DNA from: an uncultured delta proteobacterium
GTDB lineage: Bacteria; Myxococcota; Myxococcia; Myxococcales; Myxococcaceae
Assembly: GCA_963771175.1 (NCBI GenBank)
Contig: CAVYSY010000030.1
Coordinates: 230,678 to 294,677, forward strand
Direction: 5' to 3'
DNA: 64,000 bases
In this document: positions 1 to 12,292 of the stretch, one piece after another
How the letters are laid out: every line of letters starts with the position of its first letter
Numbering within the stretch: position 1 is the stretch's first letter
Translations under genes and position numbers: made by a program
The notes under the pieces: generated by a model
Told to the model about the DNA's origin: nothing
Database searches by the model: none
What the model saw: the letters and a program-made list of their open reading frames with translations, nothing else

Positions 1-1685
1 CTGTCTCGGGGCGCTCTTCATCGAGCCGGCCTCCGGAGTGGTGGCCTCGGCCAGGATGGCCGACGAGCTGTTCCAGTCAGGCTTTGGCGGCTTCTGGGTG
101 TCCTCGGCGTACATGGGACTCCCGGCCGTCCTGCTCCTGGGGGCGCTCTCTGGACGTACCGGCGCGAGCCGTTGACCTGGAAGGTGACCGGGCTCGCGCT
201 CTTCCTCCTGGCCCTGACGCTGGCGCACCAGTTGCCGTTGTACGGGTGGCTCTATAAGTGGCTCCCCCTCTGGAGCTCCTTCCGCTACCCGGAGAAGCTG
301 CTGCCCTACTTCCTGTTCCCGTGTGCCCTGGGGGCTGGCGCGGGGCTGGAGGCCCTCCAGCGCGATTCCACCCTGGCGCGGCGCTTGGCCCGAGCGGGTT
401 TCGTGCTCGCGCTGCTCTGCGGGCTGCTCGCGCTGGGGGAGTGGCAACTGCGGTGGTTCTCGGATGGCCTGATTGGCGCCCTCTGGGAGAAGCCCGACGG
501 CCTTCGTCCTGGACGTGCTTCACGACAACTTCCTGCGGGCGACCGTGGTGGCGGTGCTCGTGCTCCTCCTGCTGGGCGTGGTGCTGCTGCGCCTGCACAG
601 GCCCGAGCTGCGCACGGTGGCCATCGTCGTGCTCCAGGTGGGCGTCCTCTACCTGGCCAACGAGGGCACGTACCACGTGTCGTACCCGGACGTGCTGGAG
701 CAACCCACCCTCTTCGTGGAGCACATCCTCCAGAGTGATGCGGACACCGGGGCCGGCCGACCGCGCGTCTACGGGGAGGTGCGGAATCTCGCGCCCCGTC
801 AGGTGCCCGAGGGGCTCCATCCCATGGACATCATGGCCTTCAACTTCGCCGCCGCGCTCGAGCCGTCCACGCCCGCGCTGTGGCACCTGGAGAGCGCCAA
901 GCCCTACCTGCCCGCCGTCTCCCGGCGGTTCAAGGGCCTGCTCGAATCACTCGGGTCGCTCAACGTCTTCATCGGCCGCCTCTCCGGCCTGTTCCACGTG
1001 CGCTACTTCGCCCTGGATGCGCCGGTCTACGCGCAGCTCTCCGGCAGCCGGGACGTCGTCGCCGCCGAGGATCCCCGCATCGAGGCGGTGTTGATTCGCA
1101 ACCCCCACACGCTCCCCCGCGCCTACCTGGCCACGGCCCGCTGCGTGCCGGACGAGGCCGCCGCGCGTGCCCTCATCCTCTCGCGCTCCTTCCGCCCCGG
1201 CCGTGACGTCGCCCTGGAGTGTCCTCCCGACGCGCCACGGGACGCGCCTCCTGCTAGCGGCGAGCTCGGGCAGGTGCGCTTCGTCCAGTACGCGCCGGAG
1301 CATGTGGAGCTCGACGTGGAGGCGCGCGCGCCAGCGGTGCTGGTGCTCAGCGATGCGTATTACGACGGGTGGAGCGCGAGCGTGGACGGGCAGCCCGTCC
1401 CCATCCTTCCGGCCAATGTCGCGGTGCGCGGGGTGCGAGTCCCGGCCGGCAACCACCGCGTCACCTTCACCTACCGCACGCCGGGCCAGGGGCTCGGGGC
1501 GTCTCATCCCGCTCGGTACCCTGGGCCTGCTCGGGCTCGCGGTGCTCGTGGAGCGCTGGAAGCGGGCCTCCAGGGGCCCGAAAACCGCTGGGAATTCAGC
1601 AGTTCTCCCCACCATGTCCGGGGACCAACGAGATTTGAACTCACGGCAATGTTCCCCCCTACCTGAGCGAACGCACCTGGGTTAG
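1..1685 (+). CDS. YfhO-family membrane protein (5'-truncated by window, frameshifted)
   Basis: ORFs 172-738 and 473-1666 join: multi-TM region with SFRYPEK, then LPRAYL and C-terminal LVLSDAYYDGWSASVDG...NVAVRGVRVPAGNHRVTFTY typical of YfhO; 3' end approximate. Confidence 0.75.
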
Positions 1686-1901
1686 GGTGCACCCCCGTGT
1701 CAGCTCCGACACCGTTGGTGTCGCAAGGGACCCCGCCCCCGAGGGGTCGCCACACGAGGGAAGACGCATGGTTAATGCACTCCATCAGCCCCCGACCGCT
1801 CAGCAGTCGCTCAACTCCGTCTCGGCCCTGGCCGCGCCCGTCCTGGCCACCCTCTGGGTGAGCGGATGCCCTTCGAGGACGAGGGGACCCGGAGCCATCC
1901 G

Positions 1902-2810
1902 ATGCTGAACCAGTCGGAGCTCTACGCGCGCATCTGCGTGAGGGATCCGTACTTCGCGCTGCGTGAGGTGGCGGAGATGGGGCCGGGCGAGGTGGTGGCG
2001 CGGGTGCCGGTGGAGCAGGACCCGGGGGCGGAGGCCTCGCCCATCAACGCCGCGGAAGTGGGGCGGCACCTGGCCATTCTCGGCTCATGCGCGGCGTCGC
2101 TGGTGAACCCCAAGGAGGGGCAGCACTACTACCTGGCCCGGCGCGCGCGGCTGGAGCGGCTGCACGACGGCCCCCTGGAGCGCTTCGACGAGGACCTGTG
2201 GGGCCAGGCGCAGGCGCGCTTCACGGACAAGCGCAGCGCGCAGGCGCACACGGTGCTGGCGAGCCCCGACGGCCTGCCGTTGTTCTCGCTGGAGGTGGAC
2301 TACAACGTGCTGTCCGCGGCGGCCTTCCTGCGCCTCTTCCAGGGCGCCCGTCTGGAGATGCGCCGCGAGCCCCGGGCCGAGCGTGCACCGCGGGGCGCCA
2401 CGCCCGCCGACTTCGCCGCCATGCGACAGAACCCCCACTGCCGGCCGCTGCCGCTGCGGGACTACGTGCGCGACGGCGAGTGCCTCAAGGCCCAGTTGGG
2501 GCCGGTGACCGCCGACCACTGCAAGGGCCACTTCGCCATGCACCCGGTGCTGCCGGTGGCGGTGGTGATGAGCGGGCTGTCCGGGCTGGCCGGCACGCTG
2601 CTGTGCCAGTTGCTGGGCAACGAGCGGGCGCGCTACCTGGTGACGCGCGGCGAGGTGCGCGCCGACAGCCTCGCCTTCGCCGGGGAGACGGTGACGTTCG
2701 GCTCCCACCTCCACGGCGTGGAGGGCTCGGATTACCGCTTCTACTGCTGGGCCGCGGTGGGCGAGCGCCTCATCGGCGTGATGGACCTGACGCTCACGTC
2801 CCTGGGGTGA
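1902..2810 (+). CDS. Double hotdog-fold protein (FabZ/AfsA-like dehydratase)
   Basis: C-terminal CKGHFAMHPVLPV matches the FabA/FabZ GHFxxxPxxP motif; N-terminal half has a second hotdog-like helix (AAEVGRHLAILG). Confidence 0.55.
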   Translation: MLNQSELYARICVRDPYFALREVAEMGPGEVVARVPVEQDPGAEASPINAAEVGRHLAILGSCAASLVNPKEGQHYYLARRARLERLHDGPLERFDEDLWGQAQARFTDKRSAQAHTVLASPDGLPLFSLEVDYNVLSAAAFLRLFQGARLEMRREPRAERAPRGATPADFAAMRQNPHCRPLPLRDYVRDGECLKAQLGPVTADHCKGHFAMHPVLPVAVVMSGLSGLAGTLLCQLLGNERARYLVTRGEVRADSLAFAGETVTFGSHLHGVEGSDYRFYCWAAVGERLIGVMDLTLTSLG

Positions 2811-2813
2811 GCC

Positions 2814-3395
2814 TCACTCCCAGGAAATCTCGTAGTCCACCGAGTCGATGCTGAGCGCGTGGGCCGTCACGGTGCCCTTGAAGCCCAGTGACTCCAGGGC
2901 ACCCTCGAAGATGCCCACGTGGTAGGCGGGCGGCTGCATGTCGCCCCGGTATTCGATGACGCACGCATTGGGGCCGGCGGGGCGATGCTCCCGCGTGCCG
3001 TAGGTCACCACGGTGCTGAAGGCCACGCGCGTCTGGGCGAAGAGCCGCTGCGGGTCTCCCTTGCCGAGGATGCCGAAGACGACCTGCCCCGGACCCTTGG
3101 AGAAGCGCCCCACGCAGGCCCTGCCGCAGGCGTTGAACACCACGTCCGGAGGGCCCAGCTTCTCCTCCAGCACGTCCGCCGCGCTGTAGAGCAGGGTGAG
3201 GTAGTCCGCGGCCGGGTAGGTGCGCAGCTCGCTGATGTCCTTGCCCAACGCGCCGGTGCGCACCTGGCGCAGCGCCCCCACTCCTCCCTTCTGCTCGATG
3301 AGATTGAACACCACCGTGAAGAAGAGGCCTCGGACGGCATCGCCCGGTTTGGTGACGGCGATGCGCGCGGCGAGTTCGGTCTTGTTGGAGGGCAT
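2814..3395 (-). CDS. DUF2378 / TIGR02265 Myxococcales protein
   Basis: RIA..PGDAVRGLFF N-terminus, YP..DYL, PPAYHVG, C-terminal DYEISWE. Confidence 0.85.
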   Translation of the reverse strand: MPSNKTELAARIAVTKPGDAVRGLFFTVVFNLIEQKGGVGALRQVRTGALGKDISELRTYPAADYLTLLYSAADVLEEKLGPPDVVFNACGRACVGRFSKGPGQVVFGILGKGDPQRLFAQTRVAFSTVVTYGTREHRPAGPNACVIEYRGDMQPPAYHVGIFEGALESLGFKGTVTAHALSIDSVDYEISWE

Positions 3396-3606
3396 GGGTC
3401 GGGTCCTACCCTGGGAGGAACGTCGGAAGGGCTGGGAGCTTAACGCCCACGGGCCGCCGGTCGAGAATTTGGGCCTCCGGGTAGGAGACGCGCTCCCAAC
3501 CTTCCCGGCAGCCTTCGCTTGACTCCCCGTTCCCTGGCACGGAAAAGCCCGGGGCGAGGCGCCGGCCCGCCTCCTCCTCTCCCCCGGGCCGCCTGGAGTC
3601 CGACGC

Positions 3607-4582
<976 letters not shown>

Positions 4583-4586
<4 letters not shown>

Positions 4587-5231
4587 AGCTCTACAGCTAT
4601 TGGCGTTCGTCGTGCTTCGTGGCGCGTGCGCATCGCGCTCAACCTCAAGGGGCTCTCCTACGAGTACGTGCCGGTGCACCTGGTGAAGGACGGGGGCGAG
4701 CAGCACAGCGAGGCCTACCGCGCCATCAGCCCCATGCGCACCGTGCCCACGCTGGAGCTCACCGAGGGCGGTCAGGTGCGCCGCCTGTCCCAGTCGCTGG
4801 CCATCCTCGAGTACCTGGAGGAGCGCCACCCCTCGCCCGCCTTGCTGCCGGCCGACCCGTATCTCCGGGCCCGCTGCCGGATGTTGGCCGAGATGGTGAA
4901 CTCGGGGATTCAGCCCCTGCAGAACCTGGCCGTGCTGCAGCGCATCAAGGGGGAGCTGAAGGGCGACGACAAGGCGTGGTGCGCCTATTGGATTGACCGG
5001 GGTCTGGCGGCCTTCCAGACGGCCGTCCAGGAGACGGCGGGGACGTACTGCATGGGCAGCGAGGTGTCGTTCGCCGACATCTGCCTGGTGCCCCAACTCT
5101 ACGGCGCCCGGCGTTTCGGGGTGGACCTCGCGCCGTATGAGCTGCTCACCCGCATCGAGGCGGCCTGCGCCAGCCTTCCCGCCTTCCAGGCGGCCCATGC
5201 GGACCGGCAGCCCGACGCGCAGCCGGCCTGA
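4583..5231 (+). CDS. maiA: Maleylacetoacetate isomerase (GST zeta class)
   Basis: KLYSYWRSS(C), RVRIALNLKGL, SQSLAILEYLEE, IQPLQNL, ADICLVPQ; one frameshift near 4615. Confidence 0.9.
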
Positions 5232-5270
5232 GTCGGTGGTGCGGAAGGGCGGCTCCAGGCCGCCCGCGTC

Positions 5271-5917
5271 TCAGGGATGCAGCTTCTCGTGCCGGGCGAG
5301 CATCTCGACGAATTGCGCGATGCGCCTGGCGCGGGTCTCGGCCTTCTTCGCGGTGTGGATCCGGAACAGCACCGCGTAGCGGTTCGCGCGTCGAGCGTGG
5401 CGAAGAACGCGGCCGCGCGGGCGTTCGCGGCGAGGGCGGCCGAGAGGTCCTCGGGCACGGTCGCGCGGCTCGGCGAGTCGTAGGCCGCCTCCCAGCGTCC
5501 GTCCCGCTTCGCGCGCTCGACCTGCGCGAGCCCCGGCGGCTTCATCTCGCCCGAGGCGATGAGCGCCAGCGCCTTGTCGCGATTGATCTTCGACCAGATG
5601 CTCTTGGGGCCGCGCGGCGTGAACTTCTGGAGCCACGACGTATCGTCGAGGCTCTTCTTCTGGCCGTCGATCCACCCCCACGCGAGCGCCACCTCGAGCG
5701 CCTCCGCGTAGGTGATCGACTCGATGCCGGACGCCTTCTTGGCGAGCTTCAGCCACACGCCGCGCGACGACGCGTGGTTCGAGGCAAGCCACGCGGCCCA
5801 CGCGCGAGGCTGCGCGAAGGAGATGATCGGTATCTCCCCCACGGGCGCTGTTTTCGTCTCGGGGGTCTTCGTCTTCGCGGCGGCCTTCTTCGTCGCGGTC
5901 TTCTTCGTCGGGCTCAT
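5271..5917 (-). CDS. YdeI/OmpD-associated family protein (frameshift near 5385)
   Basis: ALAWGWIDGQ, FTPRGPKSIWSKINR, NRYAVLFRIHTAKKAETRARRI. Confidence 0.85.
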
Positions 5918-5937
5918 CCGGTCCCTCCCGTCGTTCT

Positions 5938-6633
5938 TCAGTTCCACTCCTCCGAGGGGGCGCAGAGTTGCTCGCGCAACTGCGCCACCGGGGTCTCCCA
6001 GTGCGACTCCCACGGGAAGCTGGCGAAGTGCCGGGACCTGCCGCCGCGCCGGAACGCGGCCCACAGCCGTCGCCTGTACTCGGCCGCGTCGAACTCGGGG
6101 TATCCGCTTGTGCATATCCCGCGACGAGAAGAGGAGGATGAGCACCGCGGTGGGGAGGTGGAGGTTGCCCAGGATGAACGCCTGCAGCTCCATTTCGCCC
6201 ACGACGTCGGTCTTGTAGCCCGTCACCACGTGGAAGAGGTCATGCGTCTCCCGCACGCGCTTGCCGATGTACTGGATGTCGGTGATTACCTGATGGGTGG
6301 TCGGGAACGGTTTGATGTCATTGTCCCGGAAGTAGCGCACGAGCTCGTGGCCGAGCGTTCCCGGCGGCAGTTTCTCCAAGGACTCCAGGTCCAGGTCTCC
6401 GGCCCGCAGCGAAGGTCGCTCGGAGAGCAGCCGGCGCCCCTCGTCACTCCGGGAGAACGCGCGGGCCAGCGACTTGTAGACATCGATATCGAGGCAGTCG
6501 TTGAAGAGGGGACCGTAGACCGGGTCCGCGGCGTCGCGCTTCAGGACCTCCAGGGCCCGCCAGGCCGTGCGCAGGCGCGTGATCAGCGAGGCGTTCTCGG
6601 GCAGGGCCGGGGGCGGGGGGCGATGTCGGGCAT
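5938..6633 (-). CDS. Coq4-family protein (frameshifted)
   Basis: LEKLPPGTLG, RETHDLFHVVTGY...GEMELQAF (HDxxH...E metal motif). Confidence 0.8.
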
Positions 6634-6778
6634 GGGGGGTTCCAGGATGAATGGACGGGGATGAACCCGGATCTTCTCCTGATTCTGTTGTCTCGCGAAG
6701 GGGCCTGGGTCAAACGCGCTGCGGGGTGACGCGGCCCCGGTTAGGGTTGCCGACAGCCCAGAGACACCAGGAGAACGG

Positions 6779-7219
6779 ATGACGACGATCAACGCGGCGG
6801 CGAGCGGCACCTTCCGGATTGGTGGCGACCTCGAGGTGAACCGGCTCGGTTTCGGTGCGATGCGCATCACCGGCAGTGGAATCTGGGGGGACCCGGAAGA
6901 TCCGCGGGAGGCGCGTCGTACCGTGGCGCGCGTCCCCGAGCTGGGGATCAACTTCATCGATACCGCCGACAGCTACGGGCCCTTCGTCAGCGAGGAGCTC
7001 CTCGCGGAGGTCCTCTCTCCGTACAAGCGTGGCCTGGTGATCGCCACCAAGGGCGGGTTGACCCGGCACGGGCCGAACATCTGGCCTCCCCTCGGTCGGC
7101 CGGAGTACCTCGAGGAGAACACCGCGGCGGCCACCGTGAAGCTGAGCGACGAGGACTTCCGCGCCCTCGACGCCCAGGGGCAGGAGGCCTGGCGCGCGCA
7201 ACAGGCCTCGCGGCGCTGA
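6779..7219 (+). pseudogene. Aldo/keto reductase with large in-frame internal deletion
   Basis: [23 protein letters not shown], then GRPEYL joins directly to the C-terminal EENxAA..VKLS; only 146 aa. Confidence 0.75.
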
Positions 7220-7250
7220 GCCCGTCCGTCACGCCCCCAGGCTGGCATGG

Positions 7251-7877
7251 CTACGGTTTTCGTGTGGCCTCTTGTTCGTCCCGAATGGCAATCGCCACCA
7301 GCTTCCGGAGGTGCTCCCGGACATCCTCCGGCCAGGGGTGGATGAGCTGCTCGAAGCGCTCGTGCTTCTTCGCGAAGAGGGCTCGCGAGGCCTCCTCGAA
7401 GCCGGGGAAGTCTCCCGCCAGGGCGTGCATGAACTTGTAGGCCGCTTCCTGGGAACGCCGGGCCTTGTCCGTGCCCTGGCTGTTGCGCTTCGCCTCCTCG
7501 ACGAGCTTCCGCAAGGTCACCGAGGCGCCGCCCGGTTGCGCGTTGAGCCACTCCCAATGGCGGGGCAGGAGCGAGACCTCCCGGGAGACGACCCCCAGCT
7601 TCGGTCGTCCCGGCCCCGCCCTCCGGGTCTCTTCCGCTCTCTCGGACCCGGTCTCCCTGGCGCTCCTCTCGGCGAGCCTGCCCAGGACCTCCTCGGCGGT
7701 CCCTCGCAGCTCCGGATGGACCTGGTTGCCCGTCTCGTCCTCGAAGATGATGACCGACGCGCTCTCGTTCCGAGCGAGCCACTCCCGGGCCTTCAAGGCG
7801 ACTTCCGCCAGCGCTCCCGACGCGATGCGGCGGTGTCCCGCGAAGCCCGTGTAATGCTTCGAGTTCTCCTCCCCCAT
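7251..7877 (-). CDS. DUF2239 family protein
   Basis: GPGRPKLGVVSREVSLLPRHWEWLNAQPGGASVTLRKLV...AGDFPGFEEASRALF. Confidence 0.9.
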   Translation of the reverse strand: MGEENSKHYTGFAGHRRIASGALAEVALKAREWLARNESASVIIFEDETGNQVHPELRGTAEEVLGRLAERSARETGSERAEETRRAGPGRPKLGVVSREVSLLPRHWEWLNAQPGGASVTLRKLVEEAKRNSQGTDKARRSQEAAYKFMHALAGDFPGFEEASRALFAKKHERFEQLIHPWPEDVREHLRKLVAIAIRDEQEATRKP

Positions 7878-7904
7878 GTCCGCTTCCTTTCCGCGATTCA
7901 TGAA

Positions 7905-7946
7905 ATCACCCGGGTAGAAGCCCAGGGCAATAATACCCGGATAGAA
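7905..7946. promoter_or_regulatory. Pair of imperfect palindromes (ACCCGGGTAGAA / ACCCGGATAGAA) upstream of DUF2239 gene; candidate operator
   Basis: ATCACCCGGGTAGAA at 7905-7919 and AATACCCGGATAGAA at 7932-7946, 27 bp apart. Confidence 0.55.
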
Positions 7947-7974
7947 TCGTGGCGGACGCGGGCGGGGATGGGGC

Positions 7975-9040
7975 TCAGACCAGGGGAAGGGCCGCCACGG
8001 TGGCCTCGGCCGGGCCGTCGCCCACCGCCAGCACCGTCCCCGGCTCCAGCTGGTCCCTGTGCACGTACCCCAGCGCCACCGACTGCCCCTGGCGCGGCGA
8101 GTGCACCACGGTGGTCAGCCAACCCACCTTCTTGCCGTCCTTCTTCAGCTCGGTGCCGGGCGCCGCCTCGGTGGCCCCGAGCAGGAGGCCCGCGAGGGTG
8201 CGGTTCATGTGCCCTCGGAAGGTGGCCCGCGCGATGACCTCCTGCCCGATGTAGCAGCCCTTGTTGTACGAGATGGCGTGCGTGAGGTTCGCCTCCAGCG
8301 GGATGGTGGTCTCCACCATGTCCTGGCCGAAGCGCGGCACGCCCGCCTCCACCCGCAGCATCTCCAGCGCCTCGCAAGCCCAGCGGCTTCAGCCCGAAGG
8401 CCTGCCCGCCGCCACCAGCGCCTTCCACACCGCCTCCAGCCCGCGCGCGGCACCAGCAGGTCCACCCCGGGCGGCCCAGCCCGGGTGGAGCCCACCAGCA
8501 GCACGTCCTGGCCGGCCAGCGTGGCGGCGCGGGTGGCGTCCTGGGGCAGCGGGGCGAACGGGCCTCCCAGCGCGGCGCCCAGCAGCTCGGCCGTCCGGGG
8601 CCCTAGCAGCCGGAGCACCGCGAGCTCACCCGTCGCGTCGTGCAGCTCCGCGTCCTCGGAGATGAGGTACTTCTCCAGGAACTCCCGCACCTGGACCCCA
8701 TCCCGGGCTCCACGTCCAGGAGCAGGTCGTCCTCGCGCCGCAGGATGCGGGCGTCCGCCACCATGGCCCCCTTCACCGTCATCATGGCCGCGTAGGTCGC
8801 CGCCCCGGCCGCCAGCCCCTTTACTTCCTGGGTGACCATCCCGTGCAGGAAGCTGGCGCGGTCCTCCCCGGTTATCCGCAGCGCTTCACGATAGGTGGCA
8901 TCATGGAGGGCCACCGCTTCCCGGGCCGCCCGGTACTCCGGCTCCACATCCCCGTAATCGGCCGCCACTTCCCGTCCGTTGACATCCTGGAAGCGGGCGC
9001 CTGCCTGCTCATGAAGAAAATGCAGAGACAGCGGTTCCAT
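7975..9040 (-). CDS. ygfZ: YgfZ/GcvT-family folate-binding protein (frameshifted)
   Basis: GEDRASFLHGMVT and the signature KGCYIGQEVIAR. Confidence 0.85.
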
Positions 9041-9066
9041 GTCCGTCGCTATATAGAGGCCCGGGA

Positions 9067-9405
9067 GTGAATGCCACGATGGATGTGAGACACCTGTCGG
9101 ACTTCCTCGGCTTCTCCGCCGAGAAGCTCCAGAAGCACAACCTCTTCAAGTCCGAGCGCTTCTTCCTGGACGTGTACTGCCTCACTCCCGGCCAGTCCCA
9201 GAAGCCTCACCGGCACGCCACCTCGGACAAGGTGTACCTCGTCCTCGAGGGGCAGTGCCGTTTCCGCATCGGCACCGACGAGGCCTCCCATGGCCCCGGT
9301 GCCGCCCTCTTCGCACCCGCGGGCGTCGAGCACGGCGTCACCAATGACGGCCCCGACAACGCCCGCCTCCTCGTCATGATGACCCCCCCTCCGGAGCACG
9401 CATGA
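9067..9405 (+). CDS. Cupin domain protein
   Basis: PGQSQKPHRH..SDKVYLVLEG...PAGVEHGV. Confidence 0.85.
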   Translation: MNATMDVRHLSDFLGFSAEKLQKHNLFKSERFFLDVYCLTPGQSQKPHRHATSDKVYLVLEGQCRFRIGTDEASHGPGAALFAPAGVEHGVTNDGPDNARLLVMMTPPPEHA

Positions 9406-10746
9406 GCAAGAAGGCCAATCCGCCCCCTCCCGTCCCGGTCCGTGGTGCCCAGGTGCTGCTCGCCCTGGGCCTCGCCGAGAGCGCGCTCGCCATCTACCAG
9501 TGGAGCGAGCTCCTCACCCTGCGCGGTGGCGGCACGACCCTGTGCGGCATTTCCGAGCGCATCAACTGCGAGACGGTGTGGAACTCGCCCTTCGCCAGCG
9601 CGGTGCACGAGCTGGCGCGCATGCCGGTGGCCGGGCTCGGCCTGGTGTGGGGCATCGTCGCCGTGGCGCTCTCCGCCCTCTACCTCGTGTGGCGCGCGCA
9701 GCGGGTACACCGTGCGGCCCGCCATCAACGGTCTGCGCCTGACGGCCGCGGCCGGCGTGGCGTCCAGCGCTCGTCTTCGCCGCCGCGAGCGCGAGCTCCG
9801 GGGCGCTGTGTCCCACGTGTCTGGCCACCTACGGACTGACGCTCGCCTTCGCGGGGGTGGCGTGGCGCGGGCTGTCCGGCCCCGTCCTGCCGCAGGCCGG
9901 TGAGTGGGGCCGCGCCCTCCAGTGGACGGGTGGCTTCGCCGTGGCCGGCTACCTCGCGCTGCTGGTGCCCGGCACGCAGACCCCCAGGGCCTCCGCTACC
10001 GAGCAGAGCGCCAACGCGCCTCGTCACGCCCCTCCCGGCGTCGCTGGAGGCGTACCTGAAGGGCCTCACCCCGAGGGAGCAGCAGGCCGTCTCCAACGCG
10101 CTCGCCCGCTACCGCCAGGAGGAGCCCCAGGCGGCCCATGCGCCCGCTCGCCACCGCTACGGGCCCGAGAACGCGCCGGTGAAGATGGTTGAGTGGACGG
10201 ACAGCCGGTGCCCCCACTGCAAGTCCCTGGTGGAGGTGCTCTCCCTCATGAAGAAGCGCCTCCCCGAGGGCAAGCTGTCGCTGGAGGCCCGCCAGTTCCC
10301 GCTCGACGCCGCCTGCAACCCGGCCATGCCCCCGCGGGCCGTGGACCCCTCGGGCGTCCGCTGCCTGGCCGCCAAGGCGCAGATCTGCCTGGAGGGCGCC
10401 CCCGACTTCTGGACGCTGCGCGAGAAGCTCTTCGCCGAGCAGGCCGCGCTCTCGCCCGAGAAGGTGATGGACATCGCTCTCCTCCGGCTCCGTGAGCGCT
10501 CGCGGCTCGAGGCGTGCGTCTCCAGCCGGAGACCGGCCGGAAGATGCATCGAGGACGTGGAGTACGCGATGAAGCACCACCTGGAGGGCACGCCGCTCGT
10601 GGTCGTCAACGGTCGCAACGCGGCGGCCATCGAGCCCTTCCTGTACGCGCTGATCCTGGCGGACGGGGATGCCAACGCCCCGGCCTTCAGCGTGCTGCCG
10701 CAGCCGCAGGCGCAGGCGCTCGCAGGCCCACGACCACCCGCACTGA
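9402..10746 (+). CDS. Vitamin K epoxide reductase / DsbA (thioredoxin) fusion (frameshifted)
   Basis: LCGISERINCETVWNS (VKOR), CPTC, then EWTDSRCPHC and GTP (DsbA-like). Confidence 0.8.
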
Positions 10747-10756
10747 GTGGGACACC

Positions 10757-11136
10757 ATGGGTAAGCGCGACAAGAAGCCGCAGGAGTCGCCCGCCCCGGC
10801 GGCGCCCTTCCACAACCCCTTCGCCGCGCTGGCCTCAAGCGCGAGGAGCTGCCCGCGGGGCCGGCTCCCGCGCCGGTGAAGGCCGAGGAGCGCAAGGGCC
10901 CCGCGCGCGCCGTGGTGCGCATGGAGCGCAAGGGCCGCGGCGGCAAGGAGGTGACGGTGGTGGAGCAGCTCGGGCTGCCGGCCGCGGAGCTGGAGAAGTG
11001 GCTGAAGGCCCTCAAGGGGGGCCTCGGCTGCGGCGGTACCGTGGAGGACGACACCCTGGTGCTGCAGGGCGACCAGCGCGAGCGTCTGCCCGCGCTGCTG
11101 GAGGCCCGAGGCGTGCGCCGGGTGACGGTGGGCTGA
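10757..11136 (+). CDS. SUI1/YciH translation initiation factor family
   Basis: ERKGRGGKEVTVV...LKGGLGCGGTV...LQGDQR; frameshift in N-terminal part. Confidence 0.85.
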
Positions 11137-11220
11137 GGGCCCAGGTGGCTTGTCGGGAGGTGCGGAGTGGGGGAGGGTGGAGCCCGGGAGGCTCGACACC
11201 CTCACCCTCCCGCGGGGGGA

Positions 11221-12224
11221 CTACAGCGCCGCGATGACCGCGTCGGTGAACTCGCGCGTGGTGGCGCTGCCGCCCAGGTCTCCGGTGCGCACCTTGCCCT
11301 CGCCGTACACCTTGGGCAGCGCGTTCTCGAAGCGGCGTGCTTCCTCGCGCATGTCGAGCCAGTCCAGCATCATCACCGCCGACATCATCAGCGCGGTGGG
11401 GTTGGCCAGGCCCTTGCCGGCGATGTCCGGCGCCGTGCCGTGGACCGCCTCGAAGACCGCCGTGCGCTCGCCGATGTTGGCGCCGGGCACCAGGCCCAGG
11501 CCGCCCACCAGGCCCGCGCACAGGTCGCTGATGATGTCGCCGTACAGGTTCTCCATCACCAGCACGTCGTAGCGGGTCGGGTCCTTCACCAGCTGCATGC
11601 AGAGGTTGTCGACGATGACTTCCTCGTACTGGATCTCCGGGTACTCCCGGGCCACCTTGCGGGAGCAGTCGAGGAAGAGGCCGTCGGACAGCTTCATGAT
11701 GTTGGCCTTGTGGACGGCGGTCACCTTCTTGCGCCCGTGCTTCTTGGCGTACTCGAAGGCGAAGCGGGCGATGCGCGTGGAGGCCTTCTCGGTGATGATC
11801 TTGAGCGACTCGACCACGCCCGGCACGATGATGTGCTCGAGGCCGGCGTAGAGGCTCTCGGTGTTCTCGCGCACCACCACGAGGTCCACGTTCTCGTAGC
11901 GCGTCTTCACGCCGGGCACGCTCTTGACGGGGCGCAGCAGGCGTAGAGGTCCAGGCGCTTGCGCAGGCCCACGTTGGCCGAGGCCATGCCGCCGCCCACC
12001 ACCGTGCCCGTGGGGCCCTTGAGCGCCACGCCGCTGCGCAGCACCGCCTCCACCGTCTCGTGGGGCAGGTTGGTGCCGTACTTGGCGATGACCTCGGCGC
12101 CCGCGTCCTTGAACTCGAACTCGAGGGGGACCTTGAGCGCCTCGAGGACGCGGATGGTGGCCGCCATCACCTCGGGGCCGATGCCGTCGCCGTTGATGAC
12201 CGTGACCGTACGCGTATTCGCCAT
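11221..12224 (-). CDS. Isocitrate/isopropylmalate dehydrogenase family, NAD-dependent IDH-like (frameshift near 11940)
   Basis: GDGIGPEV, VRENTE, VHKANIMK, NLYGDIISD, FEAVHGTAPDIAGK. Confidence 0.9.
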
Positions 12225-12292
12225 GGTGCTCGCGCTTCAATCACAAAACACAGGGGCCCGGAAGGAGGAAAACCTTCCGGGCCCAGCCGGAG

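Noticed and set aside
3535..3552. Sigma-54 promoter (TGGCAC) upstream of the FAH gene
   Set aside because: The -12 TTGC element is missing at the required spacing.
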